A stretch of DNA of 64,000 bases from Candidatus Bathyarchaeota archaeon (lineage in GTDB: Archaea; Thermoproteota; Bathyarchaeia; Bathyarchaeales; Bathycorpusculaceae), in contig OY969706.1 of the NCBI GenBank assembly GCA_963702095.1, forward strand, positions 1,312,001 to 1,376,000, written 5' to 3'. Of the stretch, positions 20,441-30,999 are shown one piece after another. Position 1 is the stretch's first letter. Every line of letters begins with the position of its first letter. A program made the translations under genes and the position numbers. The notes beneath the pieces were generated by a model that did not search any database, was not told the DNA's origin, and saw nothing but the letters and a program-made list of their open reading frames with translations.

Positions 20441-21247
20441 ATGAGCCTGCGCCTAAACCCAGAATACGACAAAATCCTACCCCGCATGTCCCAAGAAGAA
20501 TTCGCTGAACTCAAAAAATCAATCCAAACCGAAGGCCAACACTACCCCATAATCGTCAACCAAGACCTCGAAGTGCTCGACGGACACCACCGTTTCCGCG
20601 CCTGCACCGAACTAGGCATCGAACCCGACTTCGAAGTTAAACAATTTGAGGACAAACTTATAGAGAAGAAATTTGTCATCGAAGCCAACCTGAGACGGCG
20701 TCACCTAAACAATTTCCAGCTTGTAGAATTAGCAGTCCCCCTGCTGGAGATAGAGAAGGCATTGGCGAAGAAACGGCAGTCCAAAGGCAGCAAAAACGGA
20801 CTCGAAAAGCAAATAGAGGCTGAGTTAGCGTCAGATGACGCTGAGACAGAGTTTGAACCCTTTAAGGGGAAAGCCGCCGAGGTTGTAGCGAAAAAGGCAG
20901 GTGTCTCAACACGAACTTTGGAGAGGGGCAAAAAAATCATCGAAAAAGCCTCCGAAGACGACAAGCAAAAACTCCGCGACGGAAAAACCAGCATCGCCCA
21001 TGTCTACCAAGAGATCGTTCGGGAAGAAAAACCCCAAAAACTTGCCGCGGAAGAGACGCCCAAACAGGAGACCGAAGGGGACCTACAAAATAAGCTGGCG
21101 TTGCTGGCGCTTTTGCAGCGGCTAGAAAAACATGAGTTGTTTTGCCCATCATGTGGTAACATGATGTTTGAATGCAGCAAATGCCACAAAAACCTAAAAG
21201 CACTGCTTAAGAAAGAAATTGAAACAGAAAAAGCAGATGACCTCTAA
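20441..21247 (+). CDS. ParB/Srx-like N-terminal domain protein with HTH and C-terminal Zn finger
   Basis: LKKSIQTEGQHYPIIV...LDGHHRFRAC...ANLRRRHL; CPSC..CSKC. Confidence 0.85.
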   Translation: MSLRLNPEYDKILPRMSQEEFAELKKSIQTEGQHYPIIVNQDLEVLDGHHRFRACTELGIEPDFEVKQFEDKLIEKKFVIEANLRRRHLNNFQLVELAVPLLEIEKALAKKRQSKGSKNGLEKQIEAELASDDAETEFEPFKGKAAEVVAKKAGVSTRTLERGKKIIEKASEDDKQKLRDGKTSIAHVYQEIVREEKPQKLAAEETPKQETEGDLQNKLALLALLQRLEKHELFCPSCGNMMFECSKCHKNLKALLKKEIETEKADDL

Positions 21248-21333
21248 AAAGGCAAAGCTATCGTCAACTTCTTTGTTTTTGAGCGAAAAAATTGATTAGG
21301 CAAGGCGACCTTTGACCCCCAGAACGATTATTC

Positions 21334-21525
21334 ATGAAGGCAATCATTGACCCTACTAAATGCATTTTATGCAAAAGATGCGGTGTAGCCAGGGAATGCC
21401 CGGTTAAAGCTGTTTTCCGCATAGCCGACGATGAACCCGCCTTTATCGACATGAAACTGTGCCATGGCTGCGGACTATGTGCTGCTAAATGCCCCGCCAA
21501 AGCGGTTATAATGAGAGAAAGCTAA
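21334..21525 (+). CDS. 2x[4Fe-4S] ferredoxin-like protein
   Basis: CILCKRC...CP and CHGCGLCAAKCP. Confidence 0.88.
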   Translation: MKAIIDPTKCILCKRCGVARECPVKAVFRIADDEPAFIDMKLCHGCGLCAAKCPAKAVIMRES

Positions 21526-21529
21526 TTTC

Positions 21530-22192
21530 CTACTGGACTTTGTTTTCAACGATTGCCTTGATTAAACGCTGTTCCGCCTTGCGCAGGTGCTCTACGACGG
21601 TGGAGTCGACAAGCCCAAGTTTCTGCGCTAACGACTCGGATGGGATTTTTCTTGGAATGTCGTAGTAACCGTACTTGTACGCTGCAAGAAGAACATCTCT
21701 CTGTTTAGCAGTTAGCTGGCTTAGGGGTGAAATGGGTGAGAAGTTGGCGTCGGCAAGCAAAATAACACGGTAATGTATGCCTATGGCGTCGATTTTTTCC
21801 ATGAATTCTTTTATCTGTTGTTCGTTGCCTAAGAAAGAAAATTTTACTTTGCCGTCTTCTATGCCTAACGGTGGGAAAAGGTAGCCGCCTTCTATGCCGA
21901 TGGAGTTTAGCGCGGCTGAGAGGTTGGGGGAACCGCTGCGGATGAAAAGTATGTAGGCACCGTTCTTTTCTCTTTCAATGACTTGGGCTTCAAGGAGGAG
22001 GCCGCCTGTTAGTAGGTCTTGAATTTTTGAGGTCTGGTCCTTGAATTCTACGCGTGTTATGGCTGCGAATTCTTGGTCGTCTTGGCGTAGGAAGTATAGG
22101 AGTTCGAGCGATTTTATTTGTTTGAGCGGGGGTAATTCGATGCCTGCTTTGAAGAGTTCTTTTTCTGAGATTTCGAGGATTAGTCGTCTCAT
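21530..22192 (-). CDS. Bat-type (HTH_10) transcriptional regulator
   Basis: LTAKQRDVLLAAYKYGYYDIPRK...HLRKAE; likely start MRRLIL at 22192. Confidence 0.88.
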   Translation of the reverse strand: MRRLILEISEKELFKAGIELPPLKQIKSLELLYFLRQDDQEFAAITRVEFKDQTSKIQDLLTGGLLLEAQVIEREKNGAYILFIRSGSPNLSAALNSIGIEGGYLFPPLGIEDGKVKFSFLGNEQQIKEFMEKIDAIGIHYRVILLADANFSPISPLSQLTAKQRDVLLAAYKYGYYDIPRKIPSESLAQKLGLVDSTVVEHLRKAEQRLIKAIVENKVQ

Positions 22193-22315
22193 GGACAAAA
22201 AGACGGTGGAATCACATATATGTGTTTTGAAAGCCGAGTATGCTCGGTACAACCTTAAAGAGGCTGCATGCCATCCATACTGAGAAACAAATCACCTCAT
22301 ATCTACCGATAAAGG

Positions 22316-25300
22316 ATGGTTTTCGCTATGGCACAAGGAAAAGCCAACTCATTCACTAAGCTTGGTCGATTAATCACTAAACGCAAATACGCAATAATCG
22401 CTATTTGGGTAATTCTCTTAGCAGTCATTTTACCTGTAGTGGTAACTGCGTCGAACTTTACTTCTTTAACGATGGATTCATCCACCGACAAAACCGTCGA
22501 ATCTGGCATAGCCAACGATTTAATCAAAGCACAATTCCAAAAAACCGTATCCAACGATTCACTGGTCATCATCATATCCACCGACGACGCGTCATCCCTC
22601 AACACACAAAAGTTCATCAAAGAATTAACCGATGCAATAAACCAGAACTCAAGCATAACTGGTATAGAAAACATAACCGATGTTTACTCTATTTTAATTC
22701 CTGCCCTCAACCAAACCAACGAGGGCGTCTACCTCGCCTACAACGGCGGAAACCTAACCTACACCCTACTCTACAGTGTCCCAATGATTTATTCAAGCGT
22801 CTGGTCCGCCGCTCTTAACCAAGCCCAAACCCAACTTGTCGACGGACTCAACCAAACTAACCAAGGAGTCTACGCGTTACTTGACAACGCAAACATGACC
22901 TACAGCCTTCTCTATTCGGTTCCAGCAGCGTACTCCGGTATATGGGCGGGCGCTTACTCTACGTTGGAAAACGCCAATTTAACCTACAACCTGCTCTACG
23001 GCACACCGGCAATTTATCTGAACGCTTGGCAGCAGGCGATGGCTTCAACCTCAGGCGACGTTGACCAATCCAACGTTATTGCGAATCAAACGACTGCACA
23101 GACCCTCTACGCGGCTGACCCTGACTCATACACCCAGTACACCTCGCAATTACTACAAGTCTTCGACAATGCCTGGACTCAAAGCTTCTTAGACCCCTCA
23201 ACATCGACGTGGACTCCAATGCAGCGCGCATCATTCGCTTCTGACCAAACCAACCAATTATACATCAACACCTTCTTGGCGGGCGACGCTACCGCTCAAG
23301 GATTCGTAACCGCGTTGACCAACACGTTTAGCTTCGAGGATTACTTGAACAACGCCAGCAACCAGACACAGGCAAACATTGCGTTGACCAACTTTGCGGT
23401 TCAACTCTTAAGCTCCACCTCGACAACCGGTATGTCCCAAACAGACTTCATAACTGCACCGCCGGAAATATACAACCTGGACGCCTACACAATTGCAACC
23501 CTCAACGAGTTAGCTTACAACCAAACCGCAGCAATCCTCTCTGAGGCTGACCCAGCATCTTTTGAAGAGTATATTTCGCCGTTGCTCTACGCGTTCAATG
23601 CTTCTTGGGCTACGAGCTTCCAGGACCCCGCCACACAGGTCTTCAACTCTGAACAGCGCGCTTCGCTTGCCGCGAACATGACTAACCAGCAATACATCAA
23701 CACAGCCTTAGCCGGCAACTCCACAATGCAGCATTTCGTGATTGCATTAACCAAATCTTTCTCACTTGACACTTTCCTGTTTAACACTCAAGACGAAAAC
23801 AACGCCCAGCTACGCGACTTCTCCATCGAATACATTGCCAACCAATCTCAAACCTCAACTTCCTTTGTCAACGCGGCATACAACTTGGGCAAAACACCCT
23901 CTGCGGGTGCCTTGCTCAACTTAGCCAACAACGTTATCTGGTACCCTCAAACCTACAACCAAACCAACTTAATATCAACCTTCAACCAAGTTTCCTATGA
24001 CCAAACCAAAAGCATCCTAAAAGACGCCGATGAATCCGCCTTCAACGATTACACCTCACACCTGCTGGACCTGTTCAACGCCAGTTGGAGCCAAAGAGTC
24101 CCCAACCAGTCCACATCCTCAAACGCGTGGATTAACCAGACTGCCTCCGCCGCCGCTGACGCCGCAAACACACCCTTCATTAACACTTACCTAAACGAAA
24201 GCAGAGACTTCTCCCTCCAAATTGCCTCTGCCCTTACACTTCAAGACTTCCTAAAAGCCAACACAACTTACACAAACGCAAAAATCCACGACATAACCCT
24301 CAACTACGTTGCAAACGAGTCGGGCTTATCCAAAGAATTAGTCGCAGGCATCTACAACATGGGGGAAAACGCAACTGACAGTGCCCTGCAAACCTTGGCT
24401 TCAGGCATCGTCTCTAACCCAGACGCCTACAACGTAGGAGAAGAATTCAATACCCTGTTAACTTCGTTTGTTTCTCCCTCAAAAGACGTAACACTCATAA
24501 GCATCAGCTTCAGCGCTTCAGGCGACGACAACCTATTAGCCATCCGAAGCATAATCGCAGATAAGATGGCTCAGCACCCAGCAGACATCAACTCTGCAGA
24601 AGTCACAGGCAATGACGCTTTAGACTACGATTTCCGCCAATCCACCTACGGCGACCTAGAAATCATCCTGCCCATTACAATTGTGTTGTTGCTTGTCGCA
24701 ACCGGTTTGTTCTTCCGCTCACTAGTAACGCCTCTTATTACTTTGGGCACAATCGGCGTGGCACTTGGCGTTTCCCAAATTTTCCCCTACTTAGTAGGCA
24801 CCTACATCAACCAAGTTGACTACACCGTGACAACCGTGCTTATGACGGTGCTAATAGGGGTGGGAACCGACTACAGCATATTCATTATTGCACGTCACAG
24901 GGAAGAAAGAATCAACAAGCTGCCCGTTTTTGAAGCTATAAAGAAATCCATCACTTGGGCAGGCGAAAGCATAGTAACCAGCGGCGCCACCGTCATCATC
25001 TCCTTCCTTGCGCTTGCCGGAACCTCGATGGTTCTGCTTCAAACCATGGGGTTAATCGTGGGCTTAGGCATCATCGTTACGTTGCTTGCTTCGTTGACGT
25101 TTGCACCCGCGATAGTTGCCATACTTGGGGACCGCATTTTCTGGCCTAACTCAGGTGAACGGTTCCAACGTTACGCTGCGGGTGTCTTGGAGAAAAACAA
25201 GCGTAGAGGCGGCTACTTTGCCAGAAGCGGTGCATTCAGCGTTAAACATGGTAAAGTCATCATACTCATAGCGGTGTTGGTTACGGTTCCAGCGTTCTAC

Positions 25301-26407
25301 GTGTATGCGACGACGACACCTAACTTTAACCTCTTAGGCAGTGCTTCAAACAGTTTAGAATCCGTTTCTGCCTCAACCACCCTGACGGATTCGTTTGGCG
25401 GAGGCAGATTGATGCCGACATACGTTGTGGTGACGTTTTCGCAGCCGCTAATAGACAACGGCACCTTTAACATAGCAGAAATGGGGCCGCTTCAGAGCAT
25501 TTCCTCTGACATAGCAGGCGGGGCAGGTATCCAAGAGGTAACTGGACCCACGATGCCCTATGGGAAACCCGTAGATTACCAAACCGTCACAAACGAATCC
25601 GACCCCTCAATTTACAGTGGTATGGTAAGCGCAATTGGCGCAGACAACCAATCTGCCTTAATCACGGTCAAATTCACTATCGACCCCTACTCTACTGAGG
25701 CAATGAATTATGCCCAAGACATACGAAGTAGCCTCCACGCAAACTATGACAGTGCAGCAAACATAACAGGCATCTATGTAGGCGGAACCACAGGTGAGAC
25801 CCTTGACACAAGAATGACCTTCGAGAATCAGTTCAACCAAATACTGCCCATAGTCGCAGTTGGAGTCGCCCTCGTCTTATTCGCCGTGCTTGGCTCGTTG
25901 ATTCTGCCTGTCTTCGCTGTCATCTCAGTGCTCATGAGCATCGTTTGGACGCTTGCCGTCACCCAAATTGTATTCCAAGCTGCCTTCAACTACGGTTTGC
26001 TCTTCATAACCCCGCTGATCCTCTTCGTGCTGCTGCTCGGGTTAGGCATGGACTACAACATATTCATCTTAACCCGCATACGTGAAGAAGCCTCTAAAGG
26101 TCAGCACCTAAACGATGCCATCGTACATGCTATCCAGCAGACAGGCGGCATCATCACTGCTGCAGCTATCATCTTGGCGGGTTCACTGGGCGCATTGACG
26201 TTGTCAAGCAACATGATGCTCAAGGAAATGGGTTTTGCCTTCGCCTTTAGCATCCTCATCGATGCATTGGTAGTGCGAACCTACCTTGTGCCCGCGGTAA
26301 TGTCAACCTTTGGCAAATGGAACTGGTACAACCCCATCAAACGCCTGCAACGCATAAAAGATTTCGACGACAACAAAGCCCCCGCTACAACAGAAAAAAC
26401 ACAGTAA
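22316..26407 (+). CDS. MMPL/RND-family transporter with large repeated extracellular insert
   Basis: GVGTDYSIFIIARHREE and GLGMDYNIFILTRIREE; TM1 followed by a ~730-aa extracytoplasmic region. Confidence 0.92.
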   Translation: MVFAMAQGKANSFTKLGRLITKRKYAIIAIWVILLAVILPVVVTASNFTSLTMDSSTDKTVESGIANDLIKAQFQKTVSNDSLVIIISTDDASSLNTQKFIKELTDAINQNSSITGIENITDVYSILIPALNQTNEGVYLAYNGGNLTYTLLYSVPMIYSSVWSAALNQAQTQLVDGLNQTNQGVYALLDNANMTYSLLYSVPAAYSGIWAGAYSTLENANLTYNLLYGTPAIYLNAWQQAMASTSGDVDQSNVIANQTTAQTLYAADPDSYTQYTSQLLQVFDNAWTQSFLDPSTSTWTPMQRASFASDQTNQLYINTFLAGDATAQGFVTALTNTFSFEDYLNNASNQTQANIALTNFAVQLLSSTSTTGMSQTDFITAPPEIYNLDAYTIATLNELAYNQTAAILSEADPASFEEYISPLLYAFNASWATSFQDPATQVFNSEQRASLAANMTNQQYINTALAGNSTMQHFVIALTKSFSLDTFLFNTQDENNAQLRDFSIEYIANQSQTSTSFVNAAYNLGKTPSAGALLNLANNVIWYPQTYNQTNLISTFNQVSYDQTKSILKDADESAFNDYTSHLLDLFNASWSQRVPNQSTSSNAWINQTASAAADAANTPFINTYLNESRDFSLQIASALTLQDFLKANTTYTNAKIHDITLNYVANESGLSKELVAGIYNMGENATDSALQTLASGIVSNPDAYNVGEEFNTLLTSFVSPSKDVTLISISFSASGDDNLLAIRSIIADKMAQHPADINSAEVTGNDALDYDFRQSTYGDLEIILPITIVLLLVATGLFFRSLVTPLITLGTIGVALGVSQIFPYLVGTYINQVDYTVTTVLMTVLIGVGTDYSIFIIARHREERINKLPVFEAIKKSITWAGESIVTSGATVIISFLALAGTSMVLLQTMGLIVGLGIIVTLLASLTFAPAIVAILGDRIFWPNSGERFQRYAAGVLEKNKRRGGYFARSGAFSVKHGKVIILIAVLVTVPAFYVYATTTPNFNLLGSASNSLESVSASTTLTDSFGGGRLMPTYVVVTFSQPLIDNGTFNIAEMGPLQSISSDIAGGAGIQEVTGPTMPYGKPVDYQTVTNESDPSIYSGMVSAIGADNQSALITVKFTIDPYSTEAMNYAQDIRSSLHANYDSAANITGIYVGGTTGETLDTRMTFENQFNQILPIVAVGVALVLFAVLGSLILPVFAVISVLMSIVWTLAVTQIVFQAAFNYGLLFITPLILFVLLLGLGMDYNIFILTRIREEASKGQHLNDAIVHAIQQTGGIITAAAIILAGSLGALTLSSNMMLKEMGFAFAFSILIDALVVRTYLVPAVMSTFGKWNWYNPIKRLQRIKDFDDNKAPATTEKTQ

Positions 26408-26506
26408 GCAACTATGGGAACCACTGTGTTACCCAACAATCTTTTTATAACCCATTTTACCCATTCCGTAAAACTTTGTTAAAAAACAGAGTCTGATGAA
26501 CAATTT

Positions 26507-28192
26507 ATGGTACAGTACAAGTGGGTAGCACTCTCCAACACAACCCTTGGCATGCTCATGGCATCCATCGACATGACCATTGTTTTAATTGCGTTGCCAT
26601 CGATTTTCCGCGGCATAAACATTGACCCCTTCACAAGCTTCCAGTACCTGCTCTGGGTCATGTTCGGCTACAGCATCGTAACCGCCGTTTTGCTGGTAAC
26701 GTTTGGCAGGTTATCGGACATTTTTGGCAGAGTTAAACTCTACAATTTAGGCTTTCTCATATTCACCATCGGCTCCATATTGCTGGCTGTGACGCCCAGC
26801 ACCGGCGACGCAGGCGCACTCGAGCTGATCATCTTCCGTATCATCCAAGGCGTAGGCGCAGCGTTCCTCTTCTCTAACAGCGGCGCAATAATCACCGATG
26901 CGTTTCCAGAAAACGAACGCGGCAAAGCTTTAGGCATCAACCAAATCGCTTTCCTGGCGGGCTCACTGATTGGGCTGGTGCTGGGCGGAGTCTTAGCCGT
27001 GTATGATTGGCGTCTTGTCTTCCTAGTCAGTGTCCCAGTAGGTATCATCGGCACCGTCTGGTCGTATTGGAAACTAAAAGAACAGCATGTCGCTCGCAAG
27101 AAACAGAAACTCGACGTCTGGGGCAACATATGCTTTGGCGGCGGCTTAACTCTAATCTTAATAGCCATCACCTACGGCTTAACCCCCTACGGCACTTCCC
27201 CGATGGGATGGGGCAACCCCTTCGTTGTTGCCTCGTTTGCAATCGGCACAGCCCTATTGGTTGCGTTTCCATTCATCGAACGCAGAGTAGAAGACCCCAT
27301 GTTTCGACTTGACCTCTTCAAAAACAAAAGCTTCGCCGCTGGCAACATCGCAACCTTCCTGAGCTCCATGTCCAGAGGAGGAGTCATGATCATGCTGGTC
27401 GTGCTGCTGCAGGGCATTTGGCTGCCGCTTCATGGCTTTAGCTACGAAGACGCGCCTTTCTGGGCTGGCATCTTCATGATTCCCATGTCCATCGGCATCG
27501 CAATCACCGGCCCAATTAGCGGTTGGCTCAGCGACAAACATGGAGCCCGCCTCTTTGCCACAGTCGGCATGATAATCACAGGCATAACCTTCCTAGTATT
27601 CACTTTGCTACCCGCCAACTTTGAGTACTTCCCATTTGCTTTGATACTGCTCATAATGGGCATAGGCAACGGCATCTTCATGTCACCCAACATGGCCTCC
27701 GTCATGAACAGCTGCCCCGCAGAACATCGAGGCGCCGCATCAGGCATGCGATCCACATTGCAGAATTGCGGCCAAACAATCAGCCAAGCCATATTCTTCA
27801 GCATAATCATCATCTCGCTAAACGCAACCTTGCCCGCCGCACTTTCAGCCTCAGTTGCAAGCGCCGGCGCTTCACCAGCCATAGCCGCAGCCTTCAGCCA
27901 AACCCCCGCTTCAGGCGCACTCTTCGCAGCTTTCCTAGGATACAACCCCATCGGCACAATGCTTCAAGCCATGGGTCCACTGGCAGCTGGGTTGCCGTCG
28001 GCTTCCAGAGCTATTTTGGAGGGGCAAACTTTCTTCCCCAACGCCATCGCAGACCCATTCATGTCTGCGTTAACAATCGCCTTCATCATCGCCGCAGTGC
28101 TTTGCTTCTTAGCCGCAATCTGCTCAGCGCTAAGGGGAAGCAGCAAAACACCCCAAAAAGCATCTGCCCAACCACAAATAAGTGAATGCTGA
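26507..28192 (+). CDS. MFS transporter, DHA2-like
   Basis: GRLSDIFGR, RIIQGVG, ERGKALG; about 14 TM helices. Confidence 0.92.
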   Translation: MVQYKWVALSNTTLGMLMASIDMTIVLIALPSIFRGINIDPFTSFQYLLWVMFGYSIVTAVLLVTFGRLSDIFGRVKLYNLGFLIFTIGSILLAVTPSTGDAGALELIIFRIIQGVGAAFLFSNSGAIITDAFPENERGKALGINQIAFLAGSLIGLVLGGVLAVYDWRLVFLVSVPVGIIGTVWSYWKLKEQHVARKKQKLDVWGNICFGGGLTLILIAITYGLTPYGTSPMGWGNPFVVASFAIGTALLVAFPFIERRVEDPMFRLDLFKNKSFAAGNIATFLSSMSRGGVMIMLVVLLQGIWLPLHGFSYEDAPFWAGIFMIPMSIGIAITGPISGWLSDKHGARLFATVGMIITGITFLVFTLLPANFEYFPFALILLIMGIGNGIFMSPNMASVMNSCPAEHRGAASGMRSTLQNCGQTISQAIFFSIIIISLNATLPAALSASVASAGASPAIAAAFSQTPASGALFAAFLGYNPIGTMLQAMGPLAAGLPSASRAILEGQTFFPNAIADPFMSALTIAFIIAAVLCFLAAICSALRGSSKTPQKASAQPQISEC

Positions 28193-28195
28193 TCA

Positions 28196-30650
28196 CTACG
28201 TTTGCTTCTTCTTAATTACCCCTGCCAAAACCAAAGCCGTGGAAGCCACAATCAAAAGCAGCACCAAGACAAACGAAAACTCAGGCACTGTCGGCGTAGA
28301 TGACGGCTGGGTAATCGGTATATCCGTTGGGGTATTGACGGGTTGGGCTGGTGTCGGAGAAGATGTTGTGGTCGAAGTTGTCGGCGAAGTGGAGGCGTGT
28401 GGGTTTTGGGTTGCTTGGGGCAGTTGTAGAGTAACGGTGCAGCTGTATGGGACAGAAACAACGCCTGCGGTATCTTTGAATTCCACCGAAACCGTTTTGG
28501 CGCCATCGCCATCGGTCAGCATCCACTCTTTGAAGGGTGAGTAGGGCTCCCAACCTGTCCAGTCGCCGTCTTCGTTGGCAAATCGCATATTTGCCACTCC
28601 TGAAAGGGAATCCTCTGCGAAGAGGGATAGGCTGATTTGCCGTGTCTGGGTTTCTGTGACGCTGGGCGTTATTGAGCCTGTGGGAGCGGTCTTGTCCAGT
28701 TTAATGTTGGTTACGTTGACGCGGGGGAGTTTATAGAAGGTTTGTATCAGGGAGGTTCCAGAGGCTCCAATACGTCAAAGTGTTATCTGCGCCTTCGATG
28801 GTTATGGTGGGTTGCCCGTTTGCGGTCACGTTTTGGATGTCTTCGCCGTTTATTTGATAAAACGTCTCGTTTACCGCTGAGTCAGGCGCCAAGTTTATCG
28901 TGAAGTCGTCTGTATGCCACTGGTCTTGGCAGTCGTTGGCTACGATTGGCAATCGTGATAGGTTAACGGCAAAGTTGGCTGCTCCATCGTTTATCGTTAA
29001 GGTGTGTTTCCCCGCTGTTGTGATTGGAACAGTGATTGCAGTGTTAAAGCTGCCTGTGGCATCGACTGATGTGCTGGCGACGTTTACTCCATCCCAGAGC
29101 AGAGAAACCAAACCACTGCTTGGGTTGAACCATTGCCCCCTAATAGGCAAGTTATCACCGCTCTGCACCAACACTCCACTCGACAAATCAGTGCCGTTAC
29201 CGAACACCCCCTCTGCGGACACATTACCAAGCTGCGCTAAACCCCTACGGTATTCGACATAAGGCACAGTGGTGTTGTAGGCATATCCGTTGCTGTTGTC
29301 CACCGCACGAAAGACTATGTTATCGAAGAGTTGTGGGTTGTCGCCTGATGTGTTGTTTTGTAAAAGGTCGAGAGCATTCAGGCTGTAAGTAAAGTTTCCA
29401 GCGGTGGTTGCAATGTTGTTTGCTATAGTTGCCCATGACGAGGTAACTGGGTTGGCATAAGAGAGGTTCACTGAATCGCCCAAGAAACCTGAGCCGTTAA
29501 GTGTTATTGGTGTTCCCGCTGACCCCGAAGTAGGGGAAACGTAAAAGGATACTCCGAAATTAAATGTTAAGGGGCTGCCTAAACCTGTAACGCAGTCATA
29601 TCCTTGTGCGGCAGTGTATGCTCCGTTTGACCCGGAAACTATATCTCGGAAGTAGCTGGAATAGGTTGATGTTGCTTTCTGGTAAAGATTATTATTTATA
29701 GCAGAACACGCCAAGGCATGGATGGCAGCCCATTGAGGAGCACCAGCACTTGTGCCACCAATAGGATACCATAGGCCATCATAATAGACCGCCACCCCTG
29801 CACCAGCGTTGTAAGAGATATCAGGAACATAGCGTTTAGAGCCCGTTAACCCATAATCTCTCTGGTAATCAGGTATGGGTTCATACGCGCTAACGCCTCC
29901 ACCGCTGCCACTCCAACCTGTTTCTGAAACCGAGCCGTCACCATTAAAACTAAGCACCGTTCCTCCAACCGACACTACATTGGGCGAAACTGCCGGGTAA
30001 GTTATGCCTGCTCCGTCGTCTCCTGAAGAAGCGAAGAAAACAATACCTGGCTGGTCAAAATGATAATCCCACATTGCCTCATATGAAGGTTCATCTCCGA
30101 TAGTCCCCCAACTCATCGAAACCGCAACTACGTCTGGCTGACTTGTAGCGTAATCAATTGCTTGAAAAAGCGAGTTTGTATCAGCGCCTTTTGCTGTTAC
30201 CAATAGTATAGTTGCCTGAGGTGCGATGGCATGTGCCCACTCCACATCAAGACATGTCTCTTGAGGCCAGCTACTGCTTGGCGCTGTCGTTACTCCAGCC
30301 ATTTTGTGAACAATGAATTTGCCTGTACTATTATCTGGTAAACCATACTGATTACAGAAAACGGTATAATCGTCTAGAATTGTTGGCGTATCATAAGCGA
30401 CAATAATTGCTATTGTGCACCCGGCACCTCCTATTGAAGGCAGATTGTAGGCAGTTCTTATTTGGTTTGGAGAGTAGCCTTGGGGCGTAGAAGACCCGAT
30501 CAGAGGCGAAAAATGCATTGGGTGCACTAGCAAAATGTCTTGGGATGGCTCGGGCATTTCTTGTGAAGCCAGAGGCAGGGTTATAGAAATCAGTAAGAAT
30601 ATGATTGCTATGGCTGATATGGTTGGCTTGGCCGGGTTCACTATAATCAT
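28196..30650 (-). pseudogene. Secreted S53 (sedolisin/kumamolisin-like) peptidase with Ig-like domains and PEF-CTERM-like anchor, frameshifted near 28731
   Basis: ETCLDVEW, ASSGDDG, GGTSAGAP, YDCVTGLGSP; after NLL-stop another frame continues KLPRVNVTNIKLDKTAP...VPEF-TM-KKK. Confidence 0.8.
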
Positions 30651-30799
30651 TGTCCTGTTATGGTTGATTTGCCATGCCCAAATAACTGTTAGCTCTTACC
30701 TATGTAAAATGGCGTCAGCATTCTTTTATGCCTTATGAATTCCTAAGCTGTACTCTAAAAATCGCTTTACCGCTAATTAGTTTGTGATTAGTGTGAGGA

Positions 30800-30995
30800 A
30801 AAACCAGTCGATACATGCCCCCACATACACATCCAGTCCGCTTCAACATAGAGGCATGCTGGGCGTGTGGAGAAAAACTCTTATGCCACACCGAAACAGA
30901 CGCCAAAAACCGTTGCAAACCAAAAAAGCAAACGCCATCACTTGCGGTCTTGCGGCACCCCCTAAACCGCCACACCCACATAAAGAAAGAAAAAG
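30800..30995 (-). repeat. Dispersed repeat family A, copy 3
   Basis: Begins in the T-tract right after the asnS stop; colinear with the other copies. Confidence 0.95.
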
Positions 30996-30999
30996 GGTG

